From assembly GCA_022711395.1 (NCBI GenBank), contig JAKLFA010000002.1, positions 3,864-67,863 on the forward strand: a stretch of 64,000 nt of DNA. The letters run 5' to 3'. A program made the position numbers and the translations under genes. The notes under the pieces were generated by a model, which saw only the letters and a list, made by a program, of their open reading frames with translations, had not been told where the DNA came from and made no database searches. Below, one piece after another: positions 46,131 to 55,425 of the stretch (the first letter of the stretch is position 1; every line of letters begins with the position of its first letter). The stretch is from Candidatus Omnitrophota bacterium (GTDB lineage Bacteria; Omnitrophota; Gorgyraeia; Zapsychrales; JANLHA01).

Positions 46131-48963
46131 TTTGGGATGCAGCAAGCTAGAACCTAAAGAAGAAGCGTCTGAATCCAAAAAGGCAATACCGTATGATGCA
46201 AAGAAGGGGATGTTTAGTGATTTTGAAGGATCGGATCCGGTGTCGTGGGGTGGGGTCTCTACGGAGATAGTGCAAGGCGGGGAATGTGGGGAATTGGAAA
46301 ATGGAAAAGGGAATATGGAAAATGGAAAAGTCAAAACCGACAATCATTCAAATCCCTTTTCTATCGTCCATTCTCCATCTTCCAGTACAAATAAATGTTT
46401 AAAAGTGACCTACCCCAAAGGGGATTTTCCAGGCCTTAGCGCTAAGCGTCTGCCGTCGGACTGGTCGAATTTCGGCATATTGGTCATGGATGTTTTTAAT
46501 CCTTCCGAGGAGGTTGTTCCTTTCGGGATCCTTATTAAGGACAAGCCCGGCGGCCACAGCTATCCCAACCGGTTGGACAAGCAGTTTGCGTTTAAACCTG
46601 GTAAAAACAAGTTTATTTTTAATATCACAGGGCTCAAAACCAATGACGGCAAGCGCCAGATGGACCTGTCGCAGATCATGGAATTGATCGTGTTCTTGTC
46701 TCAACCAAAAGAACCGGTCACTCTGTATTTTGATAACATCCGTTTGGAACATGCCGCGGGTTCAGAGATCGAGGGGATGAAGCGTTTTGATCTTGGCACA
46801 CAGGGTTCTGAAGTCTGGCCGGGCTTTTTGCAGGTCACGGACAAGACACATTATAGTGAAGAGGCCGGTTACGGCTGGTCGTATTTAGGCCAGGCGGATG
46901 CTCAGGACAGAGGGCAGTATCCGGATGCTTTGTTTCGGGACTGGATCCGCACGGCAACGCCGTTTAAAGTGGATGTCAAGAACGGCCAGCATGTGGTGTA
47001 TGTGATGCTGGAGGATCCTGGGGCGTGGGAATATTATCAAAATTTTAAAGAGCGCCGGTTTTATGCTGAAGATGTTCTTGTCGGTGAAGACAAGATGACT
47101 CCCGAACAATTTTTTAGCGATCATTATTATCGGCACATGAACCATGAGGACTTTCCCGGACAGGATGTGTTTGAGGAGTATGTGCAGAAGCGTTTTGTCT
47201 GGAAGCGTTTTGTCATCGATGTTGCGGATCGTCAATTGACATTAAAATGCGAGCCGAATACCGCTTATGCCTGCACGATCAGCGCGATCATCACCGCGCC
47301 TCTTGAGCAGGATGATAAAGTTCAGCAATATTTGAAACTTCTCGATCGTCAGCGCAAAGAGTTTTTTGATGGACAGTATGTCGAAAAGGTCCCGCAGTTT
47401 GATTCTCTGGATGAAAAGCTGGTGAAACAATATCAAAGCCTCGGGTTCATCCCGTTTGTCAAAAATTATGATCAGATGTTATATCCTGCAGAACCTCCGA
47501 AAAAGAGTCAAGCGGTTGATCGAATTCAGATCTTCGCGGCACAGGGAGAAAAAGAGCCTTTTGTGATTGGGATCTATCCGCTGCAGGCTGGTGGGCAGTT
47601 GCATGTTGACATAACAGATTTGGTTTTAAATGATGGTGTAAAGATTCCAAGCGATGCAATTTTGATCCGTTGGGTGCAGTACCGTCTAAAACGGATGTAT
47701 AGTGGCAGAGTTTATAGTGTGGTCGGAGATATGTTACGAACTAATAGCCAGGTTGTTTTAAAGAAGGGGCAGACAAGGTATTTTTGGTTTACGGTGAACG
47801 TTTCTAAAGATGCTCGTCCGGGAGATTATAAAGGGTCTGTCATTATTCGTGAGAATAACGTCGAGGTAAAGAGAATCAGCGTGGAGTTGAAAGTTCTTCC
47901 ATTTGGGCTTGATGACCCCGACATTGCGATCGGGTTGTTTTACACGCTGCCTCCGCAGTTCAATTGGTATGAGGAAACACAAAACCAGCGGTGGACTGAG
48001 GTTGAAAGGCAACTTCAGGATATGCGTGACCATGGGATGAACACATTGGCTTTAAGTATTATGCCGGGTGTTAAGGCTATTAATGACAGCGGTGATGCGG
48101 AGTTGGACTTTGCCTTTTTTGATGACTTCCTGCACGCGTATAAGCATTTTGGTTTCGACAGGCCGGTCTCAGGCTATGGGCTGATTAGTGTTTTTCATCA
48201 GATCCGTCAAAAGACCGAAGGTAATCCGAAGCTTTTTGCAAAAGCCATGGAGAATGCGTTCGGCCAGATCCAGTGGCACGCACAGCAAATTGCTGGGGTG
48301 GATATGGTGGCAGGGTTGGCGGATGAGCTTTCTAATACGGGAGGTGCTGGAATCGATTCAATTATTCCAGCAGCGGAGGTATTAAAGAATGCGGGTATAA
48401 GGGCGACAGGATTTTTTAACAATCCAAAAGATATCAAAGTGTTTGATTATTTTTCTGATGTAACGGTAAGCAATGATATACATATTGATCAGGATTTTCT
48501 TTCTAGGGTGGAGAAATCAGGGGCGAATCTTTGGTTTTATAACACGGGCCATGACCGGTTTAGCTTCGGTTTGCATTTGTGGAAGACGAAGGCAAAGGGC
48601 AAGGTGCAGTGGCATTATCAATTGCCGTCTGTGGATCCTTATTTTGACCTGGATGGTAGGGAAGGAGATACATGCGCATCTTATCCATCACCTGCGGGCC
48701 CGATCAATACGGTGTGGTTTGAGCTGGCGCGGGAAGGGATCGATGATTACCGGTATCTTAAAATCCTTGAAAAGATGATGGAAGAGAGAAAAGGGAAGAT
48801 GGATGCGGATGCGACGATAGAGCGTGCTGAAAAGTTTTTAGAAGCGTTGAGGAAAGATATTCCCGTTGAGTTGGATAAGCGTAAAGAAATCCCGGATGAA
48901 TTTTATGATGTGACGCGAAAAACAGCGGCGGACCTTATAACGGAACTATTAAGGACGCCATGA
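46009..48963 (+). CDS. large secreted protein, probable lipoprotein (possible glycoside-hydrolase-like); true start uncertain (GTG/TTG within 46060-46080 plausible)
   Basis: The N-terminal hydrophobic stretch ending in LLGC|S resembles a lipobox. In-frame family-C insert at 46279-46384 (GELENGKGNMENGKVKTDNHSNPFSIVHSPSS). About 900-aa soluble region with no confident family. Confidence 0.45.
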   Translation: MTHDTRYTTQDTGHRTQVRTLVPCVLCLCVWFLCLVSCVCLLGCSKLEPKEEASESKKAIPYDAKKGMFSDFEGSDPVSWGGVSTEIVQGGECGELENGKGNMENGKVKTDNHSNPFSIVHSPSSSTNKCLKVTYPKGDFPGLSAKRLPSDWSNFGILVMDVFNPSEEVVPFGILIKDKPGGHSYPNRLDKQFAFKPGKNKFIFNITGLKTNDGKRQMDLSQIMELIVFLSQPKEPVTLYFDNIRLEHAAGSEIEGMKRFDLGTQGSEVWPGFLQVTDKTHYSEEAGYGWSYLGQADAQDRGQYPDALFRDWIRTATPFKVDVKNGQHVVYVMLEDPGAWEYYQNFKERRFYAEDVLVGEDKMTPEQFFSDHYYRHMNHEDFPGQDVFEEYVQKRFVWKRFVIDVADRQLTLKCEPNTAYACTISAIITAPLEQDDKVQQYLKLLDRQRKEFFDGQYVEKVPQFDSLDEKLVKQYQSLGFIPFVKNYDQMLYPAEPPKKSQAVDRIQIFAAQGEKEPFVIGIYPLQAGGQLHVDITDLVLNDGVKIPSDAILIRWVQYRLKRMYSGRVYSVVGDMLRTNSQVVLKKGQTRYFWFTVNVSKDARPGDYKGSVIIRENNVEVKRISVELKVLPFGLDDPDIAIGLFYTLPPQFNWYEETQNQRWTEVERQLQDMRDHGMNTLALSIMPGVKAINDSGDAELDFAFFDDFLHAYKHFGFDRPVSGYGLISVFHQIRQKTEGNPKLFAKAMENAFGQIQWHAQQIAGVDMVAGLADELSNTGGAGIDSIIPAAEVLKNAGIRATGFFNNPKDIKVFDYFSDVTVSNDIHIDQDFLSRVEKSGANLWFYNTGHDRFSFGLHLWKTKAKGKVQWHYQLPSVDPYFDLDGREGDTCASYPSPAGPINTVWFELAREGIDDYRYLKILEKMMEERKGKMDADATIERAEKFLEALRKDIPVELDKRKEIPDEFYDVTRKTAADLITELLRTP

Positions 48964-50387
48964 AAATCCTATTTCTTACCAAAGAACTTCCTTATCCCAT
49001 CAATTCCGGCGCGCGGATGCGTAGCTGGCATTATGTCCGTGGCCTAAGCCGGGCGGGCTATGTCCACATGGTATGTTTTGGCAGGCTTGAGGACAATCGT
49101 GAAGGCGCCAAGACGCTGAGGGAAATGGGCGTGGATGTGATCTTTGAAGATAAAGGTGGCAGACGCCTTTATCCGGTTCTGTCGCGGCTTGTGGGCCTGT
49201 TTTCACCATTGCCGTACGCGGTTTGGGTCCGCAGGTCTTCTGCAATGAAGGAGAAAATTCGCCGGATCATTCTTGAGTCGAGCTGTGAAGTCGCCGCTTG
49301 TGACGGTATCCATCAGGCCTTGAACATCCCGCTGGATGTGAACTGCCGAAAGATCCTGGATGAACATAATGTTGAGTCGACGCTCGTTGGCCGTTATGCG
49401 GCAGCCGAATCCAATCCGGTCAAAAAAACGTACGCGTTTTTAGAATGGCTGAAATTCCGCGCCTTTGAGAACCGGATGTGGAAAAAATTTGATGAGATCC
49501 ACGTCTGTTCTTCGGTTGATAAACATGAGGTGGAGAAGCGGACTGGGCACAAGAATGTGCATGTTGTGCCTAACGGCGTTACTATCGAGTCACTAAGGCA
49601 CTATGACACTAAGGCACTAAAAAATACCGACACTGAGGCGCCAAGACACTGTGACACTAAAACATCAGGTGTTGCTAGTGCCATAGTGTCTCAGTGTCTA
49701 GTGTCACCAAGCGGAGATAAGCCGTTCCGTTTGGTTTATAGCGGTTTGATGGGTTGGAAACCTAACGAAGATGCGGCGCTTTACTTCGGGCACAATATTT
49801 GGCCTGAAATAAAAAAGGCACTAAGGCACTGCGACACTAAGGCACTAAAAAATCAAGGCACTGGGGCACTAAGACACTGTGACACTAAAACTTCCGATGG
49901 TTCTAGTGCCATAGTGTCTGAGTGTCATAGTGTCTCAATTGAGTGGTTTATAGTTGGAAGAGGGCCTACTCAAAAAGTAAAAGAATTGGCTGAGAATGAT
50001 GAGTCGATCACCGTCACCGGCGAGGTCGCGGACGTGAAGCCGTTGGTGGAGTCTGCGGATATCGTGATCGTGCCCTTGCGGATCGGAAGCGGGACCCGGC
50101 TGAAGATTTTGGAAGCTATGGCCATGAGTAAGCCCGTTGTCTCGACCTCGATCGGGTGTGAAGGCCTGGATGTCACCAGTGGTGAAAATATTGTGATCGC
50201 TGATATGCCGGAGGATTTTGCGAGTACGGTTTTAAAATTAATGAACGATCCTCAAGAGCGCGCGCGTATTGCCGAGAATGGGCGCAGGTTGGCGGAAGAG
50301 AAGTATGATTGGGAGATTATTGAAAAAAGTTTAGCGGAATTAATCATGACACTCAGGCACAAAGACACTGAGGCACTGAGAACGTGA
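48960..50387 (+). CDS. glycosyltransferase family 4 with two complete in-frame family-B palindromic insertions and a repeat-derived C-terminal tail
   Basis: GT4 core (PLRIGSGTRLKILEAMAMSKPVVSTSIGCEGLDV). Inserts at 49591-49708 and 49817-49936 each encode ~RHYDTKALKN...RHCDTKTS...SAIVSQC.... Tail ...LRHKDTEALRT* at 50347+. Confidence 0.8.
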   Translation: MKILFLTKELPYPINSGARMRSWHYVRGLSRAGYVHMVCFGRLEDNREGAKTLREMGVDVIFEDKGGRRLYPVLSRLVGLFSPLPYAVWVRRSSAMKEKIRRIILESSCEVAACDGIHQALNIPLDVNCRKILDEHNVESTLVGRYAAAESNPVKKTYAFLEWLKFRAFENRMWKKFDEIHVCSSVDKHEVEKRTGHKNVHVVPNGVTIESLRHYDTKALKNTDTEAPRHCDTKTSGVASAIVSQCLVSPSGDKPFRLVYSGLMGWKPNEDAALYFGHNIWPEIKKALRHCDTKALKNQGTGALRHCDTKTSDGSSAIVSECHSVSIEWFIVGRGPTQKVKELAENDESITVTGEVADVKPLVESADIVIVPLRIGSGTRLKILEAMAMSKPVVSTSIGCEGLDVTSGENIVIADMPEDFASTVLKLMNDPQERARIAENGRRLAEEKYDWEIIEKSLAELIMTLRHKDTEALRT

Positions 50388-50468
50388 AAACGTGAAAAGT
50401 GAAAATGGGGAAAGACATTTTGGTTTTGGGGTTTTTAGTGCCATAGTGTCTTAGTGTCACAGTGTCTT
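50347..50468 (+). repeat. family-B palindromic element bridging two genes
   Basis: Left arm GACACTCAGGCACAAAGACACTGAGGCACTGAG + AACGTGAAAACGTGAAAAGTGAAAATGG. Right arm TTTTGGTTTTGGGGTTTTT + AGTGCCATAGTGTCTTAGTGTCACAGTGTCT. Confidence 0.85.
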
Positions 50469-50483
50469 TCAAAAAGGATTTTT

Positions 50484-51671
50484 ATGACTTTCTTTTTCTA
50501 TTTATTTTTATTTCTCATTTTCTACACCTACATCGGTTATCCGGTCTTGATCGCTTTTGTTTCGCAGTTCTTTCGGGAAGATGGAAAAGGGAAGATGGAA
50601 AGGGGAAAATCCAAAGCAGAGGATAATTCGCAGCCATTCTCCATCATCCATTCTCCATTTTCGGTTTCAATAATTATTCCTGCCTATAACGAGGAAGAAG
50701 CGATCGCGCAGAAGCTCGAGGAGGTCCTAGCGTTTGATTATCCCAAAGACAAGCTGGATGTCATGGTTGTTTCGGATTGTTCAGTTGACCGGACGGATGA
50801 AATTGTGCGTGGGTTTGAATCCCGCGGTGTGCGATTGCTCCGCATGGAAAAGCGCGGCGGCAAGATCGCCGGCTACAAGGCGGCAGTGGCGCAGGCTGCG
50901 GGCGAAATTCTGGTTTTTTCGGATGCGACCAGCCGTATGGAACCCGGCGGTTTAAAAAAGCTGCTCCGTCCGTTTGCTGATCCTGACGTGGGTGTTGTCG
51001 CCGGGCGGCTGGTATATATCGACCCTAAAAAGGCAGACATTGCCAAAGGGGAACAGACCTATTGGAGCTATGAAGGCCGGATCAAGGATTGGGAAGAAAA
51101 GATCTTTTCGCTCACGTCTGTTTCAGGGACGTTTTACGGGGTCCGTAAAGAATTGTTTCCTTTAGAAATGGCCAATGACCTGGCTGATGATCTGATCGTG
51201 GTCTTGAATTGTGTTCTGCACGGCAAGCGCGCGGTGCTTGAAAAGGAGGCCGTCTGCCGTGAATACGCGATCCACGCGGATTCCGCGGAAGTGAATAAGC
51301 GTTCGCGGATCACGGTGCAGAACCTGCGCGGCTTATTCAGTATGCCGCGGATGATGGATCCGTTCAAATTTGGCTGGTATGCGGTGTTGATCATTTCGCA
51401 TAAGTTATTGCGCGCTCTGGTGCCGGTTTTTTTGGTCGGGGTCTTGATCAGCAATATTTTTATTGTCGAGCAATGGTGGATGTTTCGTTTGATTCTGGTG
51501 GCGCAGATCGGGTTTTATATGCTGGGGGCGCTGGCCAGCGTCTGGCAGGACAAGCGGCCCAGATGGCTGAATATCATTTATTATTTTTGCGTGAGCAATC
51601 TGGCGATTCTGTGGGGTATTATCCGGTTTTTGCGCGGCGAGCGCATGGCGACGTGGGAAACCGCGCGTTAA
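50484..51671 (+). CDS. membrane glycosyltransferase family 2 with an in-frame family-C insertion
   Basis: GT2 motifs (IIPAYNEEEAI, VVSDCSVDRT, VFSDATS). Insert at 50577-50663 encodes EDGKGKMERGKSKAEDNSQPFSIIHSPFSVS. Start at 50484 chosen because it lies just after the repeat. Confidence 0.8.
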   Translation: MTFFFYLFLFLIFYTYIGYPVLIAFVSQFFREDGKGKMERGKSKAEDNSQPFSIIHSPFSVSIIIPAYNEEEAIAQKLEEVLAFDYPKDKLDVMVVSDCSVDRTDEIVRGFESRGVRLLRMEKRGGKIAGYKAAVAQAAGEILVFSDATSRMEPGGLKKLLRPFADPDVGVVAGRLVYIDPKKADIAKGEQTYWSYEGRIKDWEEKIFSLTSVSGTFYGVRKELFPLEMANDLADDLIVVLNCVLHGKRAVLEKEAVCREYAIHADSAEVNKRSRITVQNLRGLFSMPRMMDPFKFGWYAVLIISHKLLRALVPVFLVGVLISNIFIVEQWWMFRLILVAQIGFYMLGALASVWQDKRPRWLNIIYYFCVSNLAILWGIIRFLRGERMATWETAR

Positions 51672-51696
51672 AACCAGCGTAAAGCGCGCCTTCCCA

Positions 51697-51726
51697 ACTG
51701 CGTAGGTTACAACCTACGCAGTTGTT
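51697..51726 (+). repeat. perfect 14-bp inverted repeat CAACTGCGTAGGTT-ac-AACCTACGCAGTTG
   Basis: Direct reading of the sequence. Intergenic, upstream of the third AbiE pair. Confidence 0.8.
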
Positions 51727-51882
51727 AAGCTGTGTCTTGTTCTTGATTTCCATCCATTTGTGTGGCATTCTGATTTGTCCCTGGTTTTTCCGCAAATAAC
51801 CGCATATGCCATAAAGTTTTTTTCGTTCACCATTGACAAAACCAGTAAGTTAGCGCTATACTAACATACTGGAGGCAATAAA

Positions 51883-52509
51883 ATGATGGAAAATCTGCGC
51901 CAATTGGCTGTGACAGAAGAATTTGATTATAATTTTCTTCTTCACGCCCTTTCTGAATACAAGAATCCCCGCGTTAAGATCAATGATCTGCTCAAAAAGG
52001 GCGATATCATCCGGGTCAAGAAGGGACTGTATGTTTTTGGGAACCGCTGGGCCCGCCAGCCGTATTTCAAAGAAACCCTGGCCAATCTGATCTATGGGCC
52101 GTCCTATATTTCGCTTGAATACGCGCTTTCTTTTTACGGGCTGATACCGGAGCGGGTTGAGACGTTGACCAGCGTGACCAATAAGCGGAAAAAAATTTTC
52201 CATACGCCGCTCGGAATTTTTTCCTACCGCTATATCCATCTTGATTTTTTCAGCGTAGGCACGACACTGCGGGTTTTGGACCGTTATCATACGATCCTCA
52301 TCGCGACCCCGGAGAAGGCATTGTGCGATATGCTGTATTTTTATGATCCGGCCCAGAGCCTGGAACAGTTGCGGATGTATCTTTTTGAAAATCTGCGGAT
52401 CGATGATGCTGCCGTAAAAAAGTTCAGTCTGAGCCGCGCCCGGGCGATCGCTTCAGTCTATGGAGGACGCGTGCGCCTGTTTGAACAGCTTCTGAAAGGA
52501 ATGAAATGA
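51883..52509 (+). CDS. AbiEi-family antitoxin-like protein (third copy)
   Basis: IIRVKKGLYVFG signature; overlaps the downstream AbiEii gene. Confidence 0.65.
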   Translation: MMENLRQLAVTEEFDYNFLLHALSEYKNPRVKINDLLKKGDIIRVKKGLYVFGNRWARQPYFKETLANLIYGPSYISLEYALSFYGLIPERVETLTSVTNKRKKIFHTPLGIFSYRYIHLDFFSVGTTLRVLDRYHTILIATPEKALCDMLYFYDPAQSLEQLRMYLFENLRIDDAAVKKFSLSRARAIASVYGGRVRLFEQLLKGMK

Positions 52510-53372
52510 ACGACGCGCTGAAAGTCATGCTTGATCGGTATCAATGCCGGAGCTGGGAGGATTATGAGAACGCCTTGAAGGAAATGATCCAGCAGATCGC
52601 TCTGTTGGGGCTGTGGCGGTCGAAATTTTTTGAAAAGGCTGCCTTTTATGGCGGCTCAGCCTTGCGGATCCTCTACGGGCTGGACCGGTTTTCAGAGGAC
52701 TTGGATTTTTCCTTATTGAAGAGAAACACGGGATTTTCTCTGGCGGAATATACCGGAGCGGTTGAGCATGAATTGCGGAGTTTCGGTTTTGCGGTCACTG
52801 TTGAGAAGAAGATAAAGTCGGTGGAGACTTGTATCGAGTCGGCGTTCATTAAGGCCGGGACGATTCAGAACATGCTTGTCATTGACACGCCGCGGGAGGT
52901 TGTGGGGCAGGTCCATAAGCGCAAAGAGCTTAAGGTCAAATTTGAGGTCGATGTGGATCCTCCGCCGGGATTTGCGGTCGAGGCGAAGTTTCTGTTTCAG
53001 CCGCTGCCGTTTTCCGTTAATGCCTATGCTCCGGCCGATCTGTTCGCCGGCAAGATCCAAGCGTGTTTATGCCGGTCCTGGAAGAACAGAGTGAAGGGCA
53101 GGGATTGGTATGACCTGGTGTGGCATGTCTCACGTGATATCCCGGTCCATTTAGAACATCTTGAGCAGCGTCTGAGACAGTCCGGGGATTTAGAGGCCGG
53201 GGTATTTTTGACAGGAGCAGATTTAGAGCGTATGCTTCTGGAGAAGATCGGGCAGGTTGATTTTGATCTGGCCCGGCAGGATGTGAAGAATTTTCTCAAA
53301 GACCCGGCGCCGCTGAGCCTTTGGAGTAAAGAGTATTTTCAGGCAGTCTGTGCGAAGATCAGGTGTGTTTAG
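52506..53372 (+). CDS. AbiEii-family nucleotidyltransferase toxin (third copy)
   Basis: FYGGSALRILYGLDRFSEDLDFS. Confidence 0.8.
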   Translation: MNDALKVMLDRYQCRSWEDYENALKEMIQQIALLGLWRSKFFEKAAFYGGSALRILYGLDRFSEDLDFSLLKRNTGFSLAEYTGAVEHELRSFGFAVTVEKKIKSVETCIESAFIKAGTIQNMLVIDTPREVVGQVHKRKELKVKFEVDVDPPPGFAVEAKFLFQPLPFSVNAYAPADLFAGKIQACLCRSWKNRVKGRDWYDLVWHVSRDIPVHLEHLEQRLRQSGDLEAGVFLTGADLERMLLEKIGQVDFDLARQDVKNFLKDPAPLSLWSKEYFQAVCAKIRCV

Positions 53373-53415
53373 AACGCCGCAGTGTCATGGTGTCTTAAAT
53401 AATGAAAGGTTCTCT

Positions 53416-54420
53416 ATGAAAATTCTAGTCATCGGTTCTGAAGGGTTCATCGGCCGCTACATGGTCAGGGATCTAAAGGCTGCAGGACATGAGGTGGCGG
53501 GGTTCGATCTGGTTCCCGAGGACGCGGGCAGGTCGGGGTATGTGTTCCATCAAGGAAGCATCCTTTCCCGTGAGGAATTAATGAAGGCGGCCCGTGGCGC
53601 GGAGATGGTCGTTAATCTCGCGGCCAAGCACCATGACTTCGGCGTGTCGCGCGAAGAATTTTTTCTGATCAATGAAACCGGCACCCAGGTGATGCTGGAT
53701 GTGATGGCGGAGCTGGGGATCAAACGGCTGGTCTTTTACAGTTCGGTCGCGGTTTACGGGGATGTGACGGAGTTCAGCCATGAGGGGATGGGGGAGCATC
53801 CGGTCAATGATTACGGCCGCTCCAAGCTTGCCGGAGAGGCGCTGATCAAGCAGTGGGCCGTGAAAGACGCGAGCCGGGAGGTCTTGATCATGAGGCCTGT
53901 GGTTGTTTTCGGGCCCCATAATTTTGCCAATATGTTCAGGCTTATTGACAGCATTTATCACCGGCGGTTTCTGCTCGTCGGGAAAGGCGATAATATCAAG
54001 TCCGTCTGCTATGTGGAAAATCTCGTTGCCGCGACTCTTTTTATGATGCAGAAGCTCCGCCCCGGGATCGAGGTCGTCAATTATTCGGATGAGCCGCATA
54101 AAACATCTAGAGAGATCGCCAACATCATCCGCTCTGAGCTGGGCAAGAAGCCTTTGAAGGCGCATCTGCCGCTGGGGCTCATCACCGCGCTGGCGTCTCC
54201 GATCGATCTGGTGGCGAAGGCCGCGAAGGTGAATTTCCCGATCACGGCCAGCCGGATCAAAAAGTTCGCCTCCCCGACCACGCATGGCTCACAAAAAGTC
54301 CGCGCGCTGGGCTTTAAGCAGAAGTTTTCGATCGAAGGCGGTTTGCGCGCCATGGTGCGGTGGTATTTGGAGGAAGGCATCAACGAGCGCAAGCGTTCCG
54401 CCTCCGGCCCCCGGGCTTAA
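53416..54420 (+). CDS. NAD-dependent epimerase/dehydratase family protein
   Basis: ILVIGSEGFIGRYM Rossmann motif and YGRSKLAGE (YxxxK). Confidence 0.8.
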   Translation: MKILVIGSEGFIGRYMVRDLKAAGHEVAGFDLVPEDAGRSGYVFHQGSILSREELMKAARGAEMVVNLAAKHHDFGVSREEFFLINETGTQVMLDVMAELGIKRLVFYSSVAVYGDVTEFSHEGMGEHPVNDYGRSKLAGEALIKQWAVKDASREVLIMRPVVVFGPHNFANMFRLIDSIYHRRFLLVGKGDNIKSVCYVENLVAATLFMMQKLRPGIEVVNYSDEPHKTSREIANIIRSELGKKPLKAHLPLGLITALASPIDLVAKAAKVNFPITASRIKKFASPTTHGSQKVRALGFKQKFSIEGGLRAMVRWYLEEGINERKRSASGPRA

Positions 54421-54443
54421 ATAAAGGGGTCTGTCACCTTTAT
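54421..54443 (+). repeat. 23-bp motif ATAAAGGGGTCTGTCACCTTTAT (copy 1 of 2; copy 2 at 55396-55418)
   Basis: Exact duplicate located directly after two different stop codons. Self-complementary ends ATAAAGG/CCTTTAT. Confidence 0.7.
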
Positions 54444-54621
54444 TACTAAGTGTGTCCCGCCTTGTCCCATCTTGTCCATGGTTGTCTTATTGATTTTTTT
54501 AATTTCAACGGATATACTTTGTTCTAAATTTTAATTCCTGTCACATTTGTATGGATTCGATCTGCAGATCGCGGGCTGCTTGAGGCATCTGTGTCTGCGC
54601 AACTTGGAAAGGAGCAGTAGA

Positions 54622-55329
54622 ATGGGGAAGAAAGTTTTAGGTTTGATCGCGGTATTTGTGCTGGCGGGGGCCGTTTCCGCATCGGCGGCGGTTATCAACA
54701 TCCCGGTCACGGCTGCAGGGGATGGGACGTCATGGAGGTATTGGGGATGGTTTGGAAGTGGTAGCGGGTTTTCAGCAGACGCAAATCCTAATGAGGCGCG
54801 GCATTCATACTGGCCGGGCGATGGAAATGAAAGCGCTTCATATTTACAGTTCCAGCTCAGTGATTTCACCGGAACGGCGGAGCAGATCTCATCAGCCTCA
54901 TTTAATTTTAATGTTCTTGGGTTTATCGATGGCGGGCAGGATAATCGTGATACAAAGGGAAATATTTATCATGCCTCAAATTCAAGTTCGGCTAACGGCA
55001 ACGCATCACAGAAGTTGGGCGGCGATCAATTTGTCGGATCTGTTACTGGTTCAACAGCCATGGGTTGGAATTCTTTTGATATTACCTCTTATTTAAAAAA
55101 TGACGTGACTAGTGATTATAATTGGGTTGCGTTCAGCATTTCAAGCCCGGGTTATGCGGGTTTCAGTTTTTCCTCTGCCGAAAGCGGCAATGCGGCGTAT
55201 TTGCGCATCGTCACGGCAGATGCCACCAATGGCGGCGGGACGACCAATGCGGTTCCGGAGCCTATGACCATGTCGTTGTTCGGTCTGGGCGGCGCGGCGT
55301 TGGCGTTTGTCAGACGGCGCATTTTATAA
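54622..55329 (+). CDS. PEP-CTERM sorting-domain protein (secreted, Gly/Ser-rich)
   Basis: RBS AAAGGAG; signal peptide MGKKVLGLIAVFVLAGAVSASAA. C-terminal VPEPMTMSLFGLGGAALAFVRRRIL is PEP + TM + basic cluster. Confidence 0.9.
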   Translation: MGKKVLGLIAVFVLAGAVSASAAVINIPVTAAGDGTSWRYWGWFGSGSGFSADANPNEARHSYWPGDGNESASYLQFQLSDFTGTAEQISSASFNFNVLGFIDGGQDNRDTKGNIYHASNSSSANGNASQKLGGDQFVGSVTGSTAMGWNSFDITSYLKNDVTSDYNWVAFSISSPGYAGFSFSSAESGNAAYLRIVTADATNGGGTTNAVPEPMTMSLFGLGGAALAFVRRRIL

Positions 55330-55337
55330 GATTGCTC

Positions 55338-55395
55338 AAAAAATCATGGAGGAGGGGAGACGGAGGAATAAATATCCGTTTTCTCTCCTCTTTTT
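55338..55395 (+). terminator. family-C-like hairpin + T-run, probable rho-independent terminator
   Basis: GGAGGAGGGGAGACGGAGGAATAAATATCCGTTTTCTCTCCTC followed by TTTTTTGTTTTT. Confidence 0.5.
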
Positions 55396-55425
55396 TGTTT
55401 TTATAAAGGGGTCTGTCACCTTTAT

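Noticed and set aside
54560-54600. Possible sigma-54 promoter (GGCATctgtgtcTGCG) upstream of the PEP-CTERM gene
   Set aside because: GG-to-GC spacing is 11 rather than 10 and the -12 element is CTGC rather than TTGC. It is too weak to call.
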